45,806 bases of DNA. It comes from a virus. Its lineage: Duplodnaviria; Caudoviricetes. The DNA lies in IMG/VR virus record IMGVR_UViG_3300033076_000548, positions 1 to 45,806 of that record; one strand, given 5' to 3'. A program made the translations under genes and the position numbers. The notes beneath the pieces were generated by a model. It saw only the letters and a list, made by a program, of their open reading frames with translations. It was not told the origin of the DNA and did not search any database. Of the stretch, positions 37,198-45,355 are shown piece after piece (position 1 is the first letter of the stretch; each line of letters begins with the position of its first letter).

Positions 37198-39245
37198 TTT
37201 GCTTTCTCCTTAGAAAGATGCATCTGTTGCTCATGGGATTGTTGGTTGTGTACCAACTTTTGGATATGATCAGCTTGAGCGCCCGCTGAAAATATTTTCT
37301 GTTTATGTTCTGCTTCACCTGCTTGAATGTTAGCAAGTACAGCTTTAACCTGCATGTCCTGGGCTTTTGACATACCCTCCATTGCAATTTTGGCTGCTGT
37401 AGAAACAGTGTCAAGTTTCATTTTGTTCTGTTGCTCTTCAGCTTTCATTGCCATTTTCTGCTGTTCCAACTGACCTTTCATCTGCATTTCAAGCATCTTG
37501 GGATCGGGAGGAGATGGAGGCATCTGCCCTGTTTCTTTAATAGCAGAAATAATTAGGTCTTCATAATTGGGTTGTTCTTGAGCTTCAAGAATACGTCGTA
37601 CAACTTTTACTGGATCTAGAATACCCGTAGGCATCAATTCCATCAACCCCTGTGCTTTCATCAACTTCTCAGTTTCTGACATTGCATTTGGATCGGCACC
37701 AGGACAAATGTCATACCCCTCATCAGAGAAGTCATCAGGACCAATTGCTTCATCCAATACTTCTACATAGGTATTAGGATTTAAATAAGTTTCGTTAAGA
37801 GCGTAAATCTTCTTAAATTCACTAGCCAACGAACGATAGATGCGTTTGTACACTGCTGTGAACACCTTCATACCCTGCTCAATGGTAGCCATTGTGGTTG
37901 TAGCAGGGGTGTTTTGGCCGGGGCTTTTCCCTACAAATATCTCAGCAACTGACGCCAGTTCCTTACCAGAAGTAACCAATGCCTGCATAAGCTGAAACAA
38001 CACGGGGCTTGGTTCTTTGGTGGGTAGAGGTACAATTTGCTTTCGTAGGTCGTCGCCAGTAGCGTTGACAGGTTTCCATTCGTTAGGTCTGAAGCTGTAG
38101 TCACCACTCTTAATTCGCAAACCCTTACCAATAAACCCACCAGACAAGGTGTTCACTGTACCGGAATCAATAAGCTGATTAATAAGTGTGTTAATACTCT
38201 CATTCAGAGGACCAAGAAGAGCACCAAAACCAAGACCATAGAAACTACCGTCTGGGTTTGGCACAAAGTCAAACTTGGTGTAATAATGAATTGGATCTAT
38301 TTTTACTATCTTGCCTTCTTTGTTTTCTACTACACCATCAGCTTCAAACCTAGGAGCAATGCGTAACACCTTGCCGGTGTTACGTTGGAAAGTGACAATG
38401 TAGGGCTCAGAATATCCATCATCGTCCAAATCGATGAATGTATGCTGCTCTACAAAAGTGTAGGGAGTGGCATTGTCAACACGAGGGTGATTTTTGTCAT
38501 CTTCCTGGACATTCTGTGGACCAATATCAATGTCTAGATAAATTCCTTGGAGCTGCCTTTCTTTAAACTGGCGGGGAGTTAAGGTGAATATTTCACTAAC
38601 CCGTTCAGCTTCCTCAAGACATGTCGCCCAATTGTCAACAACCAAGTTCTTAGAAAGAATTAGACGACTAGCTGTCTTTTCTTTGTTGTGATCAAAATAT
38701 GTCTTCTTAAACAAACTACCATTGATAGGTAACATGATAAGAAGCTTGTCCATGTCTTCTTCCCAGTTGTCCATTTCCTTTAGGATTTGGTAGGACATAT
38801 AAGTAGCAACACGGTCGCCTTTACGGCGTTTAGCACCATCTTTGTCTTTACCTACCACAGAAGCTTTTACAAGTTTACCATTGGATGGTACTAAAGAGGG
38901 ATAGGCCCGAGCAGCAAACTGCATGGCTGCTGTAGAGAGGAGAGGATATTTAACGTTGCTACAGCCTTGCCAAGGAAAACTTTTGTCTTCCCGAATCTGC
39001 ATAGCTAGCTTGGTATATTCTTCTAGATCTTGTTCCCAACCCTCACGGCTTGTTAAATCAGCCTCAAAACCCTCTAAACATTCCCTACCAATTTCTGTGA
39101 GCTTGTCTTCGTCGAGACCATCTGCTAAATTGGTAGCATACAATTGACGTTCAATGTTTTCTTCTTCTGGCTCTTCAATACCCAGTGATGGCGCTTCGAC
39201 CATCTCGTTTGGATCTTCCGGCATGTCCGGCTGTTCGTAGTTCAT
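37152..39245 (-). CDS. portal protein
   Basis: About 697 aa after terminase; KSFPWQGCSNVKYPLL, QFAARAYP, QLIDSG, Q-rich barrel tail. Confidence 0.9.
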   Translation of the reverse strand: MNYEQPDMPEDPNEMVEAPSLGIEEPEEENIERQLYATNLADGLDEDKLTEIGRECLEGFEADLTSREGWEQDLEEYTKLAMQIREDKSFPWQGCSNVKYPLLSTAAMQFAARAYPSLVPSNGKLVKASVVGKDKDGAKRRKGDRVATYMSYQILKEMDNWEEDMDKLLIMLPINGSLFKKTYFDHNKEKTASRLILSKNLVVDNWATCLEEAERVSEIFTLTPRQFKERQLQGIYLDIDIGPQNVQEDDKNHPRVDNATPYTFVEQHTFIDLDDDGYSEPYIVTFQRNTGKVLRIAPRFEADGVVENKEGKIVKIDPIHYYTKFDFVPNPDGSFYGLGFGALLGPLNESINTLINQLIDSGTVNTLSGGFIGKGLRIKSGDYSFRPNEWKPVNATGDDLRKQIVPLPTKEPSPVLFQLMQALVTSGKELASVAEIFVGKSPGQNTPATTTMATIEQGMKVFTAVYKRIYRSLASEFKKIYALNETYLNPNTYVEVLDEAIGPDDFSDEGYDICPGADPNAMSETEKLMKAQGLMELMPTGILDPVKVVRRILEAQEQPNYEDLIISAIKETGQMPPSPPDPKMLEMQMKGQLEQQKMAMKAEEQQNKMKLDTVSTAAKIAMEGMSKAQDMQVKAVLANIQAGEAEHKQKIFSAGAQADHIQKLVHNQQSHEQQMHLSKEKAKLSANKNSKPGNPKK

Positions 39246-40704
39246 CCTGCCATTCCTCATCCTCATCTTCTTCTGGGGTGTTAGCCTCCACAAGTTTGTT
39301 TAGTAACATCCCAAGATATGCAAAGGTGTCTACCTGGTCATCGTGTACATCACGAGGAAACCGTAAACATTCTTCTTCAAATATGGGATACCAATCAGCT
39401 TCTTTTTCAAAATAAACACTTTGGCACATCATGCGGGCTCGTATAGAACTTGTCCGCATCACCTTGTCTTTACCACCATGCTTTAGTGGGTATAAATTTA
39501 GAAACACACTGGTGTTAAGCATTTCTTCTTGTAGGAAGGGGCCTATAGCTTTCGACACCTGCATTTCTTCAATACCCACCACAATGGGATCGTAAGCGCG
39601 CTGTAAGCTAATAAGTGTGTCCACAATTTCCCGTGGATCTAGGCGCTCTCGAATAACGTTCTTTATATGCAGACGTTTATATTCGTCAACCCCAGCAATT
39701 AGAAACACTGTGTAGTCTGCTTTAGCGTGCTCATCAACTGCCAAGTCAACCGTTATGTAATAGTTTAGGTTGAGCTTTCGCATTTCTTCCGTAATAGGAA
39801 GGAAGTTATTCCTCTTGAAAAGACTGTTAGCCTCATCCAAAGGAATATTAAGCATCTCTTGACTATAGGCGTCTGAATTACCATCAGCAGCTAGTGTTTC
39901 ATAATGCTCTTTTAGTTTCTGCTCAGGCCACCGCGTGGGCCAGAGAATGTGCTTAAAATCATCACTGTGTGCCCTATATTTAACACTTTTCCAACCCCCA
40001 ATGTTTTTTCTGCTCCACATTTTCAGTGGCTCAACAACGGTGTCTCTGTTAGATGGCTTAGGCATACGGCGCTCTAAGAGACTGTCCATATGCAGAATAG
40101 TACCCACCATTCTTATCTTGCCTTTGCTGGAACGCATGGGGAACACAGCTTTGTTAAACCAGTTTTTTAGTTTTTCTCTCCGCTCTTTATTTAATACCGC
40201 TTCGTCTTCCTCAAGGTCGTCACAAATAATAAGGTCAGGACGAGTACCCTCCCAATTTAAACCTCGAATCTTTTGCTCAGCACCCCGTGCAACAACTTTA
40301 AATAAATGGCCATCGTCAAATCTTACAATAAGACCGTCTTCTGTATCTTTTTCAAACTTCACCTCACCTTTGTCATCTCTTACTAAACCAAATAACTCGG
40401 CAATGTTTGTATTATTTTGGAGCTGGCTTCTTATAGAAGCAATCATTCCATTTGCTTGATCTATGGTTGCAGAAATAATAAGTAAATATCTACATTCTCT
40501 AAAAAGAAGCGAGGCCAAACCATAAGATAGGGTTACTGCCGTAGTTTTTGCGTGATTGCGCGGAGCAGCTATTGCTACTAACGGATGATCACTACAACAA
40601 AGTTCCCATAACTCTCTATGGAAGTCTGGGCTTTCCGTAGCTCCTTCAAATCCTGATGCAAGCACCGTGCGGACAAAGCCCTGCATAACATCTACGTTAA
40701 GCAT
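39175..40704 (-). CDS. terL: terminase large subunit
   Basis: APRNHAKTT Walker A, IICDDLE Walker B, VGT coupling motif, TVDLA and HDDQVD nuclease motifs. Confidence 0.95.
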   Translation of the reverse strand: MLNVDVMQGFVRTVLASGFEGATESPDFHRELWELCCSDHPLVAIAAPRNHAKTTAVTLSYGLASLLFRECRYLLIISATIDQANGMIASIRSQLQNNTNIAELFGLVRDDKGEVKFEKDTEDGLIVRFDDGHLFKVVARGAEQKIRGLNWEGTRPDLIICDDLEEDEAVLNKERREKLKNWFNKAVFPMRSSKGKIRMVGTILHMDSLLERRMPKPSNRDTVVEPLKMWSRKNIGGWKSVKYRAHSDDFKHILWPTRWPEQKLKEHYETLAADGNSDAYSQEMLNIPLDEANSLFKRNNFLPITEEMRKLNLNYYITVDLAVDEHAKADYTVFLIAGVDEYKRLHIKNVIRERLDPREIVDTLISLQRAYDPIVVGIEEMQVSKAIGPFLQEEMLNTSVFLNLYPLKHGGKDKVMRTSSIRARMMCQSVYFEKEADWYPIFEEECLRFPRDVHDDQVDTFAYLGMLLNKLVEANTPEEDEDEEWQDELRTAGHAGRSKRDGRSAITGY

Positions 40705-40705
40705 A

Positions 40706-41122
40706 TTACTTAGAGACCCCTTTTACCTTCTCCCACATTCTAGAGCCAGAATAACCTAAGTAACCAACACCAAACAATGTGTAGAGTGATTCAGGAATAG
40801 CAGAAAGCCATGCTTGCATGCCTGTAGCAATTTGTGTTGCTGCTAAAGGATAAAACACAGATAAGATACCAATAGGAATACCAGCAAGAATCATTACATA
40901 AATGACATAAAGAAAGCTGGGTCTGGCTCGACTTGTCCATGGATCAGTACTTTGAGCTTCGGCGACAATGGCTGATAACTGGAGTTCTGTTTCTTTAAAG
41001 GCACCTTCTTGTTGAAGTTTAAACAGCTCTAATTGAGCTTTTGCCTGTTCAGCTGGGTCTGGCCACATCCTCTTGATAAAAGTGTCACCTAGACCCGCTA
41101 TAAGCGCAAATAGAGGATTCAT
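40706..41122 (-). CDS. holin (3TM/GTA-holin-like)
   Basis: AEAQSTDPWTSRARP followed by two TM helices, GYSGSRMWEK. Confidence 0.75.
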   Translation of the reverse strand: MNPLFALIAGLGDTFIKRMWPDPAEQAKAQLELFKLQQEGAFKETELQLSAIVAEAQSTDPWTSRARPSFLYVIYVMILAGIPIGILSVFYPLAATQIATGMQAWLSAIPESLYTLFGVGYLGYSGSRMWEKVKGVSK

Positions 41123-41124
41123 GC

Positions 41125-41418
41125 TTATGTTCCCTTTTTACTACGTTGGGATTTTAGGCTCCCATCACTGTTACGAGAAAAGCTCCTATTGCTAGAAGCA
41201 CTAACAACCCTGGTGTTGTTTTTGCTATTTGAGCCTCCCTTAGAGAGGGGTTTGATGTGATCAAGGTCCTTACCGTCGCCTTTGCTTGTTCGCCCATCAG
41301 CGTTAGCTGCATTGCGGGCAATGGTGCGGAGACTCCTGTTTTTGCGTTGTTCGGGGCGGGAGGCATACTCCTCATATTCTTTTTTATAATTGCGTTTTCC
41401 ATCTTTTTGGTAGGGCAC
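41125..41418 (-). CDS. small HNH endonuclease (terminase-linked)
   Basis: GDGKDLDHIKPLSKGGSN..NTRVVSASSN. Confidence 0.8.
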   Translation of the reverse strand: MPYQKDGKRNYKKEYEEYASRPEQRKNRSLRTIARNAANADGRTSKGDGKDLDHIKPLSKGGSNSKNNTRVVSASSNRSFSRNSDGSLKSQRSKKGT

Positions 41419-41990
41419 TATTCTTCCTTATTTTCTTCCACGACAGTGCCAACGATGACATCCGTCACTTCCACTACAGGTTTGTTAGCAAACTCCTCAA
41501 AACTCTTTGCAAGCTTCGCCAGCTTGTCATTAATACCCTCCTGAGCAACAACGTAGTTTTCTACTGTTTTCAGGTCTTGGCGTTGGTTTTGCAGAGAGGT
41601 TTGTACGGCCAGAGCATCTTTGATGGTGACAGGTTTACGGGATAGTTTGCCTGTCTTTCGGTCGTAGTCCCAATCACCTTTCTCAAGACGGTCTTCAATG
41701 ATGTTTAGGCTTTTGTTCACCAACTTCTTCATGTGCTGGTCGAGCACGATGGTTTCTTCCGCCTTCAGCTCCTTTTCCAGGTCTTTCCACCACTGAGTTT
41801 CTCGCCAAGAGCAAATGGTGGGACGAGGAATGTTTAATACCTCAGCAGTGCGGGTGATGTTTCCCAACATCAAGTAGGTGGTGACGGCTTCAATTTTCTG
41901 GCTGTCGCTCCAACGCTTGCCAGCAATGTCAGTGGATACTCGCCGTCGATTGGGTCGGCGCTGTTTTAGCACAGGGTTGTCAGATAGCAC
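41418..41990 (-). CDS. terminase small subunit (putative)
   Basis: HTH (GNITRTAEVLNIPRPTICSW) plus helical region, upstream of terL; GTG after AAGGA. Confidence 0.7.
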   Translation of the reverse strand: MLSDNPVLKQRRPNRRRVSTDIAGKRWSDSQKIEAVTTYLMLGNITRTAEVLNIPRPTICSWRETQWWKDLEKELKAEETIVLDQHMKKLVNKSLNIIEDRLEKGDWDYDRKTGKLSRKPVTIKDALAVQTSLQNQRQDLKTVENYVVAQEGINDKLAKLAKSFEEFANKPVVEVTDVIVGTVVEENKEE

Positions 41991-42023
41991 AGATATTCCT
42001 TTGAACAATTTTTCTTACCTATT

Positions 42024-42053
42024 ATTATACATTAAACACAACTAGTACGTCAA
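42024..42053 (-). promoter_or_regulatory. sigma70-type promoter for the packaging/virion operon
   Basis: Minus strand TTGACG-18 bp-TATAAT. Confidence 0.65.
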
Positions 42054-42059
42054 CATATT

Positions 42060-42750
42060 TAGGGAAAACACCTATGTTAAGACACAGATGTTTGTGTAAC
42101 ACACAGATGTAGGGAAAGTACCTAGTTGACACCATAGCTCTAGGAAACATGCGGGTTGTAGAGCGTTTTAGCTCTGGAACACGGATGTTTCTTAACACAG
42201 AGGTTTATGTTATCATTTTTAAGAACATATAGTATTATATATATTTATATTATTATTCTTTTATATATTCTTTATTCTTCTTTTCTATGAATGTAATGAA
42301 TAGAAAAGACATATATTACACACATGCGTGAGAGACATGCCGACCTAGCGAAGCGACGGAAGGGAGGCAGGACGAGCACAGCACATGGGAAAGAAGAGAA
42401 AGCTAGCATGCCGTGAGGCACAACATCTCCTCAATGGTGTTTAAACACGTTTTAAGGGGCCTAGAAGGCCACAACACACCAGAGAAGCTACCCAGACATC
42501 TGTGAAGGTGTTTTATCGCCTCTAAAGGCGTTTAAAGAGCTTTATGTTATGTAAGCTTCTACTAACATCTCTGTGTTAAGCACCGGTAGGTGCCACGGAG
42601 TGGTGCCGACTGGAGGGAGGCACATTGGAATGCTCTTTAAATTGATTTAAACACCCCTAGAAGCTCTTAAAACAGGGTGGATGGTACCAGGGTAGCTTAT
42701 AACCTATTAAATCGCTTGTAGGCCGTTTAAAGCCGCCTGAAGCTTTTTAG
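42060..42750. other. origin-like region (short repeats, AT tract, DNA mini-hairpins, phased tracts)
   Basis: ACACAGATGT-like repeats, AT tract 42225-42290, GNA-loop hairpins, 10-11 bp phasing. Confidence 0.5.
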
Positions 42751-42827
42751 AAAAAATATAAAAAATTTAGCAAGCTTCCTCCCACAAACTTTCCTCCCTA
42801 CAGATTTTCCCCCACCCCCCTCCTTCC

Positions 42828-43212
42828 AAAATAGTATTTTTTCCACAAAGAAGGGCTAAAATATACTATTTTATACACAAATAACGATAAATATAGTGTT
42901 TTAGCAACAAATATAAGAAATATTATATCCCCCTTTGGGGGGTAAATGTTAATGAGAACCATTCTCAAATACAAGCACCTATCCCTATCTACCCCTACAT
43001 TTAATGACTCATTAGTCATTCGGCAGGGTGTTTAAGAGGTGACATATTTTGTCACTAAGTGACCATTTGCGTCACATGAGTTGTACCATTTTCTGTAAGG
43101 AGTGGTGTAACAAGTACACGCCTCTCCTATGGAAGAAGCCGTGCTGAGCAGCTGGCACGGCATATGCATGTCTGGGAACGTGGTGGTCCTGTGTGTGTAG
43201 GGAAAGCCCTAG
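42828..43212. promoter_or_regulatory. array of host-regulator-like binding sites
   Basis: Two DnaA-box matches, CsoR/RcnR-like site, Fur-like box, several palindromes, sigma54 -24/-12 site. Confidence 0.55.
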
Positions 43213-43213
43213 G

Positions 43214-43243
43214 TTGACAACACAGGCAGACATCCGATAAAGT
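43214..43243 (+). promoter_or_regulatory. sigma70-type early promoter
   Basis: TTGACA-18 bp-TAAAGT. Confidence 0.65.
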
Positions 43244-43251
43244 TTAGGTGT

Positions 43252-43440
43252 GGGAAGGCTAGAGAACAGTGGGACGGTGCTGCGGCTACGTCCATAGGCT
43301 CTAGTAACAGGGTGGCTCTCTTATGTAGCCCAGGGCTCATTAGGCCCTCGTGTGTGTCTAGGGGTCCTCCCCGAGTACCGAGCACGTAAAATCGCGGCAA
43401 AAGACAAGCGGGCGACATGCTGCCCGCCCTTCCCTGTTCT
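43252..43440 (+). ncRNA. candidate structured non-coding RNA
   Basis: Closing stem GGGAAGG/CCTTCCC enclosing several hairpins; starts at the predicted TSS and ends just before tRNA-Leu. Confidence 0.55.
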
Positions 43441-43444
43441 TCGT

Positions 43445-43527
43445 GCATGTTTGGTGGAATTGGTAGACACAGCTGGTTTAAGCCCAGCCGCTTCGGCGTG
43501 AGAGTTCGAGTCTCTCAACATGCACCA
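43445..43527 (+). tRNA. tRNA-Leu (TAA)
   Basis: Acceptor GCATGTT/AACATGC, anticodon arm GCTGG-TTTAAGC-CCAGC, long variable arm, TTCGA loop, encoded CCA. Confidence 0.92.
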
Positions 43528-43534
43528 GCCCTTT

Positions 43535-43610
43535 GGGCCAGAAGCTTAAACCTGGTATAAGCACCCGGCTCATAACCGGCAGACAGTGGGTTCAAATCCC
43601 TCCTGGCCTA
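43535..43610 (+). tRNA. tRNA with CAT anticodon, probably Ile2 (lysidine type)
   Basis: Acceptor GGGCCAG/CTGGCCT with C4-G69 and C5-G68, loop CTCATAA, TTCAAAT T-loop; no encoded CCA. Confidence 0.8.
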
Positions 43611-43628
43611 CTTTGATAGGAGAACATT

Positions 43629-43757
43629 ATGCAACGTTATGTTTTGTTTGATGCCTTTGAGCGCCCTGTTAAAGGGCTTGTGTTTCGTAACAAACAGCTC
43701 GCCGAAGAGAAGGCAAAGCTTCTTGGCTTGAAAGTGAGGCTTGTATGTCTACCCTAG
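43629..43757 (+). CDS. small early protein (42 aa)
   Basis: SD AGGAG; MQRYVLFDAFERPVKG. Confidence 0.55.
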   Translation: MQRYVLFDAFERPVKGLVFRNKQLAEEKAKLLGLKVRLVCLP

Positions 43758-43907
43758 CAAGTAAAATTGAGTTTTGGGAATTTACTCACACCAAAAGCAT
43801 TCACATTGTCATTATTGACACGTTTTGTGTTAGCTTTGTTGGTGAACTCTGGCTGTAGCTTTCGCCTGGCTCTAGGCTATCTATTAAACACCCTCTGAAA
43901 GTACATC

Positions 43908-44654
43908 ATGACCAACATCAAAGAAGACACCGCCCGCGGTCAAGCCATTGCCCAAGCCAACAGCATCATTTCGATGGTTGCTGCGCTTAAGGTTGATTAC
44001 GACAGGCTTGATGAATTGAAGGAGCAAGCAAAGGCCGGGCACTGGGTTGCCGGCTGGCATATACCCGGGACTGGTGATGATGAGCATGCTGTAGCGTTCA
44101 ATACATGTGATGAGGCGCGCAGCTACATCAAGGACCACATGCGGTACCATGCTGACGCTCGGGTCGCCACTGGCGACTCGCCGAGCAACGATGAGCAATC
44201 TCTTCTCGAAGTAGCCGACCTAGTGGGCTCGATGGTTGGAGAGGACAGCGCTGGGTACGGGAAAACCGTGGCAGGTCTGCATTACTGGATCACCCACATC
44301 TACACCGGCCTGGCTGACCCGGATGAGGCCGAGGAACTCGAAGAGCTGGAAGCCGATGCCGGTGATTGCTCGGACAAAGATGAAGCCATTCAACGCATCC
44401 AGGTCGCCGCCCTGAGCGTCGAGGTGCGCAGCGGGTGGCGCATGTTGGGTGTCACCTATGTCAACAACCACGATGATGAGGAGTTCCGCATCGTGCTGTG
44501 CACCGGTGGTCCTCATGTCGAAATCCGTGGTGAGCTGTGTGATGGTGAGCCGGTGAGGGCCTGGATAGAGTACTGGGGCGATGAGTCCGGCGAGCTGCAC
44601 GGTCACATCGAACAGGCCACCCTGCTTACCTACTGCCAGCAGTTCTTTGGATAA
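43908..44654 (+). CDS. hypothetical acidic early protein
   Basis: 248 aa, GC-rich; LSVEVRSGW...FRIVLCTGGPHVEI. Confidence 0.75.
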   Translation: MTNIKEDTARGQAIAQANSIISMVAALKVDYDRLDELKEQAKAGHWVAGWHIPGTGDDEHAVAFNTCDEARSYIKDHMRYHADARVATGDSPSNDEQSLLEVADLVGSMVGEDSAGYGKTVAGLHYWITHIYTGLADPDEAEELEELEADAGDCSDKDEAIQRIQVAALSVEVRSGWRMLGVTYVNNHDDEEFRIVLCTGGPHVEIRGELCDGEPVRAWIEYWGDESGELHGHIEQATLLTYCQQFFG

Positions 44655-44729
44655 TCATGACTGACGACATCATTGGTGTTATTTGTATTGGGTTGCTTCT
44701 TCTTTCTCTGTGTTTCTAAGGGGAATGCT

Positions 44730-44936
44730 ATGCGTAAAGAATTTGTATCCGATGAGGATATTCAGGAAGCCTCTTGTTATATACCAGACTTATTGGAGGC
44801 CACATTTCCTTGGATGGGTTACTACATCATTGTGCAAGGTGGCTACTGGGTTTTTGAATCGGTTTTTGAATCTTGTGTAGAGGCCGAGATTTGGAGGAAT
44901 CAAAATGAAAATCAAGATGACACAAAAGGCACGTGA
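44730..44936 (+). CDS. hypothetical protein
   Basis: ATG after AAGGGG. Confidence 0.55.
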   Translation: MRKEFVSDEDIQEASCYIPDLLEATFPWMGYYIIVQGGYWVFESVFESCVEAEIWRNQNENQDDTKGT

Positions 44937-45151
44937 CCGGGCATCAGATGATGAGGCCCAATATCAACAACCTAAGTGAGACTATTATGGGCCCAGATGC
45001 TATTGATGAATTGATTAAAGCCATCGCCTTGGCAGAAGACAACGACTTGCTATATCAATTTCTTTGTGATTTTGTTTGGGATTTGAGTGAAGCTAATGAA
45101 AAACAAATTCGAGATTCAATTTGGTATGCAAAAAGAGAATGGGATTTGTAA
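44933..45151 (+). CDS. hypothetical protein
   Basis: Coupled ORF; start uncertain. Confidence 0.55.
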   Translation: MTGHQMMRPNINNLSETIMGPDAIDELIKAIALAEDNDLLYQFLCDFVWDLSEANEKQIRDSIWYAKREWDL

Positions 45152-45152
45152 T

Positions 45153-45353
45153 ATGTCAACTTCAGACTACAATATTAATGGGATGCTTCAACTTATGGCA
45201 CAGCAAAACAACGAAATACAGCAGATTAGACAGATCAATGCGGATTTGATCTGTGCTCTTGAAGCTATTAAAGCCGAATGCGACCGTCCGTTTAGCTCGG
45301 TGTACATCAAAAAGCTTTGTACGAACGCAATTACCAAAGCAACTAAGGAGTAG
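45153..45353 (+). CDS. hypothetical coiled-coil protein
   Basis: DLICALEAI...AITKATKE. Confidence 0.6.
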   Translation: MSTSDYNINGMLQLMAQQNNEIQQIRQINADLICALEAIKAECDRPFSSVYIKKLCTNAITKATKE

Positions 45354-45355
45354 TT

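Noticed and set aside
43252-43440. tmRNA, SAM-II riboswitch or pistol ribozyme
   Set aside because: The CACGTAAAA pseudoknot-like part is reminiscent, but tRNA-like ends, a tag ORF and the conserved cores are missing
42798-43521. Short minus-strand ORFs in the control region
   Set aside because: No SDs or recognisable motifs; they overlap regulatory sites, the ncRNA candidate and tRNA-Leu
43535-43610. Initiator tRNA that could serve the ATA/ATT starts
   Set aside because: Lacks the C1:A72 mismatch and the three consecutive G-C pairs in the anticodon stem
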